A stretch of 63,545 bases of DNA, filler included, from Octopus bimaculoides (taxonomy: Eukaryota): assembly GCF_001194135.2 (NCBI RefSeq). It is 5 parts of 5 records of this genome, joined end to end, with 100 filler letters (N's around TTAATTAATTAA, not from the genome) between each part and the next. Parts side by side here need not be neighbours in the genome. Positions count along the whole stretch, not along the records: positions 43,662 to 56,469 come from NC_068983.1; positions 56,570 to 61,908 come from NC_068992.1; positions 62,009 to 63,545 come from NW_026295561.1; 2 more parts are not named here. One strand, given 5' to 3'. Of this stretch, positions 51,881 to 63,545 are shown one piece after another (the stretch's first letter is position 1; every line of letters begins with the position of its first letter). Position numbers and translations under genes: made by a program. The notes beneath the pieces are model-generated. The model was given only the letters and a program-made list of their open reading frames with translations, searched no databases and was not told where the DNA came from.

Positions 51881-52643
51881 ACACCCCTATAGTGTAAACA
51901 TTCGAACATCGTCCCTACCTTTTCAAATCTTGCTGTATTTCAAATGGCCTTTTCGGTCCTCCAAAGTCGACCTGCCTTTTTTGGCAGTAAATTTTGGCCT
52001 GATAAATTCGACTTGTACGGTACATATCTGTGCGTGTAAGAATACTTTTAGCAAGTATTATATCTATCATTTCGACAGCGTAAACTGTACTCTGTTACTT
52101 ACATGCGACACTATTTAAGATTCCCATTAAACTCTATTATAACTTATGTTAAAAAGAAAATTAACAAAAATATAACGTGGGTTATATTTTGTTTACGCAA
52201 ATCAGTTATGATTTTTTAATATTGGAACTTTTGATAAACAGAATGTTGACGATAATTCATGCAAATATAAGTATAAAACATAACGACTGTTTTTTTTCTT
52301 TTTTCGATTTTGTTTGTGTTACACTCTTTCACACTTCTTAAATCTTTAAAACTGTCTTAAACCTCAATATCCCTTATCAATATTAATATACCATTTAATC
52401 TTTCAAGTATTCTAGGTTATATGTTTTTAAGCGAAAATATAACAAAATAAAGATAACAAAATATAATATAAATAAGGAAATAAAAATGAGCAATTCGGAT
52501 TATCTGCTTTTAATACATTCTTCTAATATTAATGAAAAAATATATATTACTCCAATCATAAAAATGTTTCGTATGCGACTGGTATGTGAGTGCACATGCA
52601 TGCATGTATGTCTATATAAGTGGTGTGTGTGTGAATGTGTGTG

Positions 52644-52679
<36 letters not shown>

Positions 52680-54161
52680 GTGTCTCTGTGTGTGTGTGTG
52701 TGTGTGCATTTTTACGTATTTGCATATGTAGAAATCTATGAATCTGCATGTGCGTGCACATGTGTGTGCTCGTATCTGTATGTATGGGAATAGATCAATA
52801 TCAATTTCAAAGCAAGCAACATAGTAGTCACCTCATAATTTTTCCGGATAGGAAGTTATCTAAATGCCAAACACGTTTTAATTAAAACTTCATGAGTAAA
52901 AAAAAAAGTATTTTTTTTTCAACGAAAATGTTTAAAACATCCAAATTTTGAAATCATTTTTTTCGTCTTCTTCCTTTTAGGTTGGCAAAAAAACAGACAA
53001 GTATAAAACTATCAAAGGAAGTATTTTGCTCCATAGAANNNNNNNNNNNNNNNNNNNNNNNNNNNNNNNNNNNNNNNNNNNNNNNNNNNNNNNNNNNNNN
53101 NNNNNNNNNNNNNNNNNNNNNNNNNNNNNNNNNNNNNNNNNNNNNNNNNNNNNNNNNNNNNNNNNNNNNNNNNNNNNNNNNNNNNNNNNNNNNNNNNNNN
53201 NNNNNNNNNNNNNNNNNNNNNNNNNNNNNNNNNNNNNNNNNNNNNNNNNNNNNNNNNNNNNNNNNNNNNNNNNNNNNNNNNNNNNNNNNNNNNNNNNNNN
53301 NNNNNNNNNNNNNNNNNNNNNNNNNNNNNNNNNNNNNNNNNNNNNNNNNNNNNNNNNNNNNNNNNNNNNNNNNNNNNNNNNNNNNNNNNNNNNNNNNNNN
53401 NNNNNNNNNNNNNNNNNNNNNNNNNNNNNNNNNNNNNNNNNNNNNNNNNNNNNNNNNNNNNNNNNNNNNNNNNNNNNNNNNNNNNNNNNNNNNNNNNNNN
53501 NNNNNNNNNNNNNNNNNNNNNNNNNNNNNNNNNNNNNNNNNNNNNNNNNNNNNNNNNNNNNNNNNNNNNNNNNNNNNNNNNNNNNNNNNNNNNNNNNNNN
53601 NNNNNNNNNNNNNNNNNNNNNNNNNNNNNNNNNNNNNNNNNNNNNNNNNNNNNNNNNNNNNNNNNNNNNNNNNNNNNNNNNNNNNNNNNNNNNNNNNNNN
53701 NNNNNNNNNNNNNNNNNNNNNNNNNNNNNNNNNNNNNNNNNNNNNNNNNNNNNNNNNNNNNNNNNNNNNNNNNNNNNNNNNNNNNNNNNNNNNNNNNNNN
53801 NNNNNNNNNNNNNNNNNNNNNNNNNNNNNNNNNNNNNNNNNNNNNNNNNNNAAGAAAATCCAAGTTTGGAAAAAATATGGATTTATAATCGTTTTTTGAA
53901 GTTTGGGTAAAGAATGAGGTATAGAAAAATAAAAGTTGTACTGCAACTTTTTTTTTACTTTTTTTCTGCTTGCCTTTAAATATGAAAGCCAGCTTCTTTT
54001 TCTGATAAAATACTAAATGGTAAAATATTTTAAAAGAACGAGGCATAAATTATAGATATTGTTTTGATTATCCTATGTAAGAATTTTATATATTCCTTGT
54101 TTTTTGGTTGAGGTTATTTTTCATACATATATATAGAGAGAGGGGGACATACATATTTAAC

Positions 54162-54216
<55 letters not shown>

Positions 54217-55021
54217 CATACATATGCCCCACATCGAAAGAAAAATAGATTCTTTAATATCATAAATGCTTCGAAAACATAGGGTGCCAATCTGAGAATA
54301 TAAACCACAACTTAAATTTTTTCTCAACTCTTTATAGCAATTCAGATTCTCTTGACACAGATTTATATGTAAACATAAAAACTTCATTTTCTGAAAACTC
54401 AAATGTTATTTCTTTCTTAGTATCAACAACGAATTGTTTAGTTTAACAAGGAAAATATATAATTCACCCGTAAATATGTTTCTTAACCATTTCGTAACTA
54501 CGTTTCTTATAAAATAGCATTATGGGCTTCAATTAATTTTGAAAATAATCAAGAACTTTGAGAAAGCTTTTAAAATGATTGTTTTGTTTTTTTTCTTTTT
54601 TCATTATTTAGCTTAGTTTTTGAGTATAACATAACAAATTGTTTTGCATAAAATTATGATGGAAGATTTTTAATTTAGAAATGGAAGTTTTATACCAGAT
54701 AAGTTTTTTCTTAAAGAATTCAAAACGGATCGCGTCAATAAATTCTGAGTTATTTTTTAAAATTCACTTATGACAACATTGCTGATTTACATGTTCACCT
54801 GAATGTTGATGCTGTTGCTGTTGTTGTTAAGCCCCAGGTCTGCCTTGTCTGAGCAGATCTACAAATGAATTTCATCTCTGACCATTTTATCTGGATTTTT
54901 TTTTCAGATAGGCGTAGACATAGCTGTAGTTAAGAAGTTCACTTTTTAACCGGCTAGTATCGAGTTCAGTCCCACTGCGTAGCGTCTTGAACAAGTGTCT
55001 TCTGCCACACTCCAAAGAAGT

Positions 55022-55084
<63 letters not shown>

Positions 55085-55439
55085 CTATTTATATATATTT
55101 ATATAGAGACGACGGACTTCTATACACATATATATAGCCTCGTAACTTAGCAGTTCGGCAAAAAATCCAACTTCAAAAAGTAAGTAATGGAGGGAGTCGA
55201 TGTGATCGACTAAACCCTTCAAGGCGGTTCCCTTGCAAAACCGCAACCTAATGACGGAAATAAGTTAAAGAATATGAGCAAAGAATATAATGTATACAAT
55301 GCTGAATTATTTTCTGCCCTTTTTTATGTATTAATATGGTAGACTTTGATCAGAGGAAAATTTAACTACTATATTTAGAGGTTATGTGACTGCATAGAAA
55401 CGCCTTTTTCGGTATGTTTACATCAATGTGTTTCAGTTG

Positions 55440-55675
55440 CATATCATCATCAAAATCACCATCATCTTCATCGTCATCGTCTTTTAAAGTTCATCTTCCA
55501 TGTTCGAATTGGATGTTTTGTCAGGATACGATACGTCCGGGGACTACATCATGCTCCAATGTTTACTTTGGTATCGTTTCTACGACTAGATGTCCTTCCT
55601 AACGCCAACCGTTTTACGGAGTATACTGAGAGCTTTTTCTTTTGTGGCATCAGCACTGGTAAGATCACCATGCTG
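55440..55675 (-). mobile_element. Older repeat sharing the RTE-type 3' tail motif
   Basis: Degenerate (CAT)n tail and ...GATGTCCTTCCTAACGCCAACC..., shared with the 1-308 family. Confidence 0.55.
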
Positions 55676-56091
55676 TTTGCACGACTAAGATCTCCTTCGA
55701 CTGAGTGGGATACAGTAGAAATGGATGCAGTGAGAGAGAAGGGGAGGACTGAGTAGAACAAGGGTGAATGAGGTGTGTATATATAAAATATGTGTAAGAG
55801 AGTGGGTTTTTTGTTTTGTTTTTAAGAAAACAGATGAATAATAGTGAAAAGAGTATATACAAGGCACATAGAAAAATGAAAATTATTTTATTGATGTAAA
55901 GAGAGTATGTTTCGTTTGATTAAACCATACTCGATGGTGACTGATATCAGAAGGGCATTATATGCCTTGAAGGAGATGAGCATAGAGCGCAACAAGTACC
56001 AGATCGCAATAATGGAAAATACCCGCATAATCCCTGTCAACATAGAAAAATATTTGTAAAATGTAGACGATGATGATGATGATAATAATGA

Positions 56092-56125
<34 letters not shown>

Positions 56126-56341
56126 GGTGGTGCGTGGTGGTGGTGGTGGTGGTGGTGATGCGTGGTGATGATGCGTGGCTAGGTGAACTAAAGTTCAAAA
56201 ATGGTTGTCTGTGTGTATTTTATATAGATAGATAGAGACAGAGAGAGAGAGAGAGAGATACATACATATACATTGTGGTGTTATGGGCTGTGATGAGCTG
56301 TGTGTTGTGGTGGAGAGAGGTGAAGCAAACAGAAGTGAAGT

Positions 56342-56437
56342 CAGACCGGAAGGGCCAGACCGGAAGGGCCAGACCGGAAGGGCCAGACCGGAAGGGCCAG
56401 ACCGGAAGGGCCAGACCGGAAGGGCCAGACCGGAAGT
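56342..56437 (+). repeat. 14-bp minisatellite (CAGACCGGAAGGGC)x6 plus a partial unit
   Basis: Six perfect units and a terminal CAGACCGGAAGT, counted directly. Confidence 0.97.
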
Positions 56438-56469
56438 CGGCGACACGCGGTCGAAGGCTAGCACGTGGG
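56342..56469. promoter_or_regulatory. Candidate CpG-rich promoter: 7 ETS-type ACCGGAAG cores and an E-box CACGTG
   Basis: Motif content only; any adjacent exon would fall in the gap from 56470. Confidence 0.35.
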
Positions 56470-56569
56470 NNNNNNNNNNNNNNNNNNNNNNNNNNNNNNN
56501 NNNNNNNNNNNNNTTAATTAATTAANNNNNNNNNNNNNNNNNNNNNNNNNNNNNNNNNNNNNNNNNNNN

Positions 56570-56922
56570 AGTTGTTTACATTCCTTTGGTGTAAAGCGTA
56601 TTTAATCTCCATACCTTCGTTTTATTTGCTTTTTTCATTTTAAATTTGCTTTAACCCTAACCCTAACTCTAGGGTTAGGGTTAATTGTTTCAAAATCGTT
56701 TGTTTATGTAGTCGGCACTTAATGTATATCGGCTGAATGGACGTCAGTGATTGGTTGAAATTACAGAAATACGACAACTTTAACATGGAATAACTTCTGG
56801 ATTTCTTTTTTTTTTAAGAAGACTAAGAGAAAAAGATGTTTTATATGACACATTGTACCAGTGTTCCAAGTTTCAAAGTGTTTTGTTAATGAAAAATGTG
56901 GCCCCCGTTTTAAAAAAGATCC
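56570..56922. mobile_element. Second, gap-truncated copy of the Merlin-type MITE family
   Basis: 56720-56922 aligns with 49515-49716 and ends GGCCCCCGTTTTAAAAAAGATCC. Confidence 0.75.
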
Positions 56923-57933
56923 AAAAAATTGACCCCTGTATTTATTTATATTTTTTTAAAAGTCTGATGCTTATTATATTTCTCTCTTTTCCCAACCTGC
57001 TATATCATGGGTCATAAACATAACAACACCAGTTTTCAAGACACGAGGCAATGGTCAGCTCAGGGATGTAACAGAAGGTACAAAACAGCAAACAGTGGGA
57101 CTGAACCCAGAACCATGTGGTTCAGAAGCAAACCTCATACCACACAACCATACCAGCACTTGTTATGTTTTCATTATTAAAGCAACAAGCTAACAGAATC
57201 ATTAGCATGCCAGACAAAATGCTTAGCGACATTTCACCTGTCTTTGCATTCTAAGTTCAAATTCTGCAGAGGTCGCCTTTGCCTTTCATCCTTTTGGGCC
57301 TGGAAAAATAAGTACCAGTTTAACAATGGGGTTGATGTAATGAATATACTCTGCTTCCACGAAATTTCTACTCTTGTGCCAAAATGTGAAACCATTATTA
57401 TTATTATTATTATCATTTTTATTATTATTAGCCCTTGTGGCCAATAAAACCAGAATTATCATTATTATTAACATTATTATTATTATCATTATTATTATTA
57501 TTATTATTATTATTGAGTGAGAGAGCAGTGCATGCTATCAAAGTGATACTGGGGTAAAATATACGAAACCCAGTATACCCATCTGATAAGGGTACATCAG
57601 GCACATGCATCACAACTATATGTGCACAAAATGGTGATCCCATATCAAGATTAACAGTGCAGACATCAAAAGTGATTGACTGCAATATAAGTTAAGAAGT
57701 GTGTTGATCAACTTGCATGGATGTCCATCACAATCTGCACCAAGGATTACTAAATATGGTAACATTGACAAAATGCTGAGTAGATTCAAATCAAGAATGT
57801 TGTGATATCCAGAAAGCAATCAGTTACAGACTAAACTATATGTCATTTAATAAATAACCTTGGAGAGGTGGTTGACAGTTAGTTAACTTTAACATACCAA
57901 ATACCTTAAATTCCTGACCTGGAGCCTTATCAT

Positions 57934-58343
57934 TACTCTTTTACTCTTTTACTTGTTTCAGTCATTTGACTGCGGCCATGCTGGAGCACTGCCTTTAGTC
58001 GAGAAAATTGACCCCAGGACTTATTCTTTGTAAGCCTAGTATTTATTCTATTGGTCTCTTTTTGCCAAACCGCTAAGTTACGGGGACGTAAACACACCAG
58101 CATCGGTTGTCAAGTGATGGTGGGGAGACAAACACAGACACACAACCACACATACATATATATATACATATATATACATACATACGACGGATTCTTTCAG
58201 TTTCCATCTACCAAATCCACTCACAAGGCTTTGGTCGGCCCGAGGCTATAGTAGAAGACACTTGCCCAAGGTGCCATGCAGTGGGACTGAACCCGGAACC
58301 ATGTGGTTGGTAAGCAAGCTACTTACCACACAGCCACTCCTGA
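57934..58343 (-). mobile_element. SINE family A, near full-length copy
   Basis: Colinear with 18739-19346. Confidence 0.82.
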
Positions 58344-59257
58344 GCCTATTAGATGATTTTCTTGTCAGCAAATAGTTTTATTGGCTTCATGACTTCGAAA
58401 GCCATGTGGACCAAGGGACCCCTAACATCAAGAAAGGCATTTGACTGTAAAACAACGGTTTGAATAACATATTGATCCAACCCATGCAAGCATTGAGAAA
58501 TGAACTTAAAACAAATATACAAATATTGTTGTTGTGGTTGTTGTTTAATTCCTTGTTATCCCAGTCATGGGTACAACACATATAACCAAAGATATTCCAT
58601 TCAAGGCTATCTCAGTTATTCCATTTCTCCCTTTTGGTAAAATTGCAGAATATGAATTCAAGTTGATTTAGTTGTTATTTCTAACAGGTTGAGTGACCAC
58701 GTAAAGGCTTATTTTCAAACTAGAAAATCTGTGTAAATTTACAAGTCTTTTTTGAGTTCACATATTGCTTTTTTTTATTTTTCATTCTAGTTTCCAAGAA
58801 ATGTGTTAGTTTTGATATCTCTTATAGGCATACTCTGATAAAGCCATCATATTTTTTTTTTATCCTGGAGAAAATGTAACATGTCCTGAAGCATTGCTTA
58901 TATTGATATTACTAGTTAGAATTATAGCTATTACTGATGTTCGTACATAATATTGATTTTAATGAGATTAGCTATTAGTTAATTAAAGTATCTACGCTTC
59001 AGGAAGAACCGTCTCATTCTAATTATTCCTGTAATCATGAAGACATACCAATTTTACATCAAGAATTTTCTTCTAAGTAGAATTTCAAAATAGAAGAGTT
59101 TAGGAAAATTAAAACTATTATTGTTGCCCACTGATAATTAATCAGCTGCTAAATTACTTTTTAATTTGTCAAATATTATCGGGAACAAGGAAGATGGCTA
59201 TGGGCAAAACCAAAATTATTATGTTTCCTAGTTTGAAGATTTCACTTTGCGCACATG

Positions 59258-59288
<31 letters not shown>

Positions 59289-59885
59289 ACACACACACAC
59301 AGAGGCACATGCATACATGCACACATGTGAGTGTTTTATGTGTGAAGTAAAAGTAAATCATTATTAAATTGAAGAAAAACTCAGTACTTCTTAGTACGGT
59401 ACAATATATATTAATTTTTGCAAGGAAAAGAATGCTAGTGAGTTTGAAGGTTCAATGTAGCAGCTGTCATATAAATGTGTGTGTATGTATACACAGGCAC
59501 AAACATACACACACACACATATATATATACAATCCAAGGATCCAAGTATCGGAAGCTAGAAAGCTTCAAGCAGTGCATGGCAGGTGTAGAGAACAAAAAG
59601 TGGGGGGCATACATCAAGAAATGATAACAATTTATTTGTATTGAGAGTTACACACTTTTTCCCACGGTTAAGCTGCAAGGAAATTCAATAAACTGATAGT
59701 TTCTATGTAGCTCACAGTCAGCAACTACAGCTTCTACAAGTGTATAAAAATTCAAATTGAAGGAGTGTAACAGCTAAAATGTACACTACATATGTTTCAT
59801 AGCTGGCTGAGGCTTTTAATGTAATAGTTATGCTTCAGCTATCTAAGAAACATGTAGCATGCATTTTACCTGCCCTCTTCCCTCA

Positions 59886-59921
<36 letters not shown>

Positions 59922-60887
59922 NNNNNNNNNNNNNNNNNNNNNNNNNNNNNNNNNNNNNNNNNNNNNNNNNNNNNNNNNNNNNNNNNNNNNNNNNNNNNNN
60001 NNNNNNNNNNNNNNNNNNNNNNNNNNNNNNNNNNNNNNNNNNNNNNNNNNNNNNNNNNNNNNNNNNNNNNNNNNNNNNNNNNNNNNNNNNNNNNNNNNNN
60101 NNNNNNNNNNNNNNNNNNNNNNNNNNNNNNNNNNNNNNNNNNNNNNNNNNNNNNNNNNNNNNNNNNNNNNNNNNNNNNNNNNNNNNNNNNNNNNNNNNNN
60201 NNNNNNNNNNNNNNNNNNNNNNNNNNNNNNNNNNNNNNNNNNNNNNNNNNNNNNNNNNNNNNNNNNNNNNNNNNNNNNNNNNNNNNNNNNNNNNNNNNNN
60301 NNNNNNNNNNNNNNNNNNNNNNNNNNNNNNNNNNNNNNNNNNNNNNNNNNNNNNNNNNNNNNNNNNNNNNNNNNNNNNNNNNNNNNNNNNNNNNNNNNNN
60401 NNNNNNNNNNNNNNNNNNNNNNNNNNNNNNNNNNNNNNNNNNNNNNNNNNNNNNNNNNNNNNNNNNNNNNNNNNNNNNNNNNNNNNNNNNNNNNNNNNNN
60501 NNNNNNNNNNNNNNNNNNNNNNNNNNNNNNNNNNNNNNNNNNNNNNNNNNNNNNNNNNNNNNNNNNNNNNNNNNNNNNNNNNNNNNNNNNNNNNNNNNNN
60601 NNNNNNNNNNNNNNNNNNNNNNNNNNNNNNNNNNNNNNNNNNNNNNNNNNNNNNNNNNNNNNNNNNNNNNNNNNNNNNNNNNNNNNNNNNNNNNNNNNNN
60701 NNNNNNNNNNNNNNNNNNNNNNNNNNNNNNNNNNNNNNNNNNNNNNNNNNNNNNNNNNNNNNNNNNNNNNNNNNNNNNNNNNNNNNNNNNNNNNNNNNNN
60801 NNNNNNNNNNNNNNNNNNNNNNNNNNNNNNNNNNNNNNNNNNNNNNNNNNNNNNNNNNNNNNNNNNNNNNNNNNNNNNNNNNNNNNN

Positions 60888-60926
<39 letters not shown>

Positions 60927-60939
60927 CCATATGTATATG

Positions 60940-60973
<34 letters not shown>

Positions 60974-61299
60974 ACATATCATATATCATATATGTGTGTG
61001 TGTGCATTTATACATCCGAAAGCCATTAGCAGTTACTCTCAGGTTTCCATTAATACACACCTCCTCAGATGCCATCCATTGCGAAACAAAACAATGGAAA
61101 ATGTAAATATAAGATGACAGGAAAACACACATACTTCTGTCGGTGTGAAGTAGGCCTCTTGATTGTAACATGTCAAATCTTGCATCATTCATAGAAAGTT
61201 TCTTTTAAACATTTTGAAGCTGGGAGTTAGTATACAAGACATGATCGAAGGAAAGTAAATTAAGTGAACAAATATAATGAATAGACACACACATATGTA

Positions 61300-61332
<33 letters not shown>

Positions 61333-61612
61333 NNNNNNNNNNTACTACTTTTAATAAAAACATCATCAACTCTCCCTAAATTTCTTTGTCTCCCTCTCTT
61401 TCTCTCCTTCTCTTTTTCTTCCTCTCTTTCTCTCCTTCTCTTTTTCTTCCTCTCTTTCTCTCTCTGTCTTCACCATCATCATCTTTATGCCTACTATTAC
61501 TTTCATCCCAGCATGACCAATAGCAGGAGTGAATAGTGAGATAGGGTGTCTAAGTGTCACACACTAACACACAGATATTAGTTTTGCATTTATTATATTA
61601 GATATATGTGTA

Positions 61613-61908
61613 TCATCATCATCATCGTTTAACGTCCGCTTTCCATGCTAGCATGGGTTGGACGATTTGATTGAGGACTGGTGAAACCAGATGGCAACAC
61701 CAGGCTCCAATCTAATTTGGCAGAGTTTCTACAGCTGGATGCCGTTCCTAACGCCAACCACTCAGAGAGTGTAGTGGGTGCTTTTATGTGTCACCCGCAC
61801 GAAAACGGCTATACTCGAAATGGTGTCTTTTATGTGCCACCCGCACAAGAGCCAGTCCAAGGGCACTGGCAACGATCTCGCTCGAAAACCCTACAAAGGC
61901 CAGTCAGG
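61613..61908 (-). mobile_element. RTE LINE 3' UTR copy, cut by a gap
   Basis: (CAT)n tail and reverse complement of the 1-308 family. Confidence 0.88.
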
Positions 61909-61989
61909 NNNNNNNNNNNNNNNNNNNNNNNNNNNNNNNNNNNNNNNNNNNNTTAATTAATTAANNNNNNNNNNNNNNNNNNNNNNNNN

Positions 61990-63545
61990 NNNNNNNNNNN
62001 NNNNNNNNAAATTCGCCTGATGTCAACCCTTCCTTTTATACTTTCGGGGTCGATAAAATAAAGTATCAGTCAACAATTGGTGTTGATGTAATTCCTTAGT
62101 TCCACCAACAAAAATTGCTGGTCTTGTTCCAAAATAAGGAATAACAATTATTATTTCTATTATTGTTTGGTCGCGAAATGCCAGATCCGTTGACCCATCG
62201 GACTGAAGCTTGACGGCATTTCTTTTGGCTCTTTACGTTTACAGTTCAAATCCTGTCAAGGTTAACTTTACCTTTCATCTTTTCGGTGTCGATGAAATAA
62301 ATACCAGTCAGATAGTGGGATCGATGTCATCAACTTTGACCTCTCCTCAAAAACTTGGCTCTGTGACAAAATTTGAAACTATTATTTTTATTAAAATTAT
62401 CAAAAAGGTGGCGTGTTGGCAGAATCGTTAGCACACCGGACGAACGATTTCGTCTGCCGCAACATTCTGAGTTCAAATTCCGTTAGGGTTGACTTTGCCT
62501 TTCATCCTTTCGGGGTCGATTAAATAAGTACCAGTTATTCACTGGCGTCGATTGATGTAATCGACTTAATCCCTTCCTCCAAAATTTGAGGCCTTGTGCT
62601 TCCAGTAAAAAGGATAATTATTATAATCATCAAAAATGGCGGTGAAGCTGTTGTTACGTTGTGAATTCAAATTTCGCCGAGAGTCGACTTTGCATTTCAC
62701 CCTTTCGGATGAAACAATAGGGTCGATGTAATCGACTAGTCCCCTCCCCACAAATGTCAGGCCTTGTGCTTATAGTAGAAAGGTTTATCAAAATTATTAT
62801 TTGGCAGATTCGTCTGCGGCAGTTTTTCCGGTTCAAACCCAGCCAAGATCAACTTCTCTTTCAATCCCTCAAGTGTTAATAAAATGAAATACCAGTCATG
62901 TGCTGGTGTCGATGTAACCTTAACCCCATAAAATTGTTGGTCTTGTGCCAACATTTAAAAAACTTTAATCACGTGATAAGCTGGCACAATCTTTTGGGCG
63001 TCGGAAGAAATGCTTAACAGCATTATTCGGCTTGTTACATTCTGAGTTCAATTCCCGTTGAAGTCATATTACCTGTCATCGTTTTGTGGGTTTATGCAAT
63101 CGACTTCATCCTCCCTTTAAAATTGTTGGCCCTGCCCCAGAAATTAGAAAGAATTATTATTATCAAGGCGACAAGGTAAGGCGCCGAGCTAGCAGAATCG
63201 TTAGCACGCCGGGCGAAATGTTTGACGGCATTTCGTCCGCCCTCACGTTCTGAGTTCAAATTGCGCCGAGGTCGACTTTTCCTTTCGAGGTCGATAAATT
63301 AAGTACCATTTGCGTACTAGGATCGATCTAATCGACTAGCCCCGTCCCCAAAATTTCAGGCCTTGTGCCTATAGTAGAAAGAATTATTAGGGTGGCAAGA
63401 TGGCAGAACTGTTCGTACGCCGAACAAAATGCTAATCGGCATTTCGTCCGTCTTAATATTTTGAAATCAAATTCCGCCGTGCTCGACTTTTAATTGTTTC
63501 GGGGTCAATAAATTAAGTACCAGTTACGCACTGGGGTCGATGTAA
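61990..63545 (+). mobile_element. Head-to-tail array of about 8 SINE family B copies
   Basis: Recurring GTTCAAATT..G...GTCGACTTT...GGGGTCGAT...TACCAGT...AAAATT...GGCCTTGTGC blocks about every 170-230 bp, separated by short ATT runs. Confidence 0.8.

Noticed and set aside
56342-63545. CRISPR-like interpretation of the 14-bp array or the SINE array
   Set aside because: There are no unique spacers of constant length and no cas genes, and the context is eukaryotic.

Overview
Eukaryotic, AT-rich draft-assembly window that is very rich in repeats and microsatellites and has many N gaps. The repeat families and gap style suggest an octopus genome (inference). The only host gene I can support is three consecutive internal exons of acylglycerol kinase (AGK; + strand, 7744-7813, 9121-9200, 11756-11964); its other exons were not found. 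The rest is mostly decayed transposable elements: a Penelope-like retroelement, RTE, R4/Dong-like and Tx1/L1-like LINE pieces, a Ty3/gypsy remnant with its 3' LTR, three mariner copies, Helitron pieces, a Merlin-type MITE with a nearby Merlin transposase remnant, and at least two SINE families. I found no intact transposon ORF, CRISPR array, rRNA or genuine tRNA gene, and no clear-cut new biological system. The best leads are: (i) a Merlin-type MITE family with telomeric TTAGGG cores, one of them a palindrome; (ii) a 14-bp minisatellite made of ETS-type ACCGGAAG sites next to an E-box; (iii) a head-to-tail array of about 8 SINEs and a cluster of (TAA)n-embedded Dong-like inserts; (iv) CpG-poor and CpG-normal domains whose borders coincide with unsized scaffold joins. 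Protein and family assignments come from manual translation and remembered motifs, not database searches. Repeat boundaries are approximate unless a TSD or TIR is quoted.
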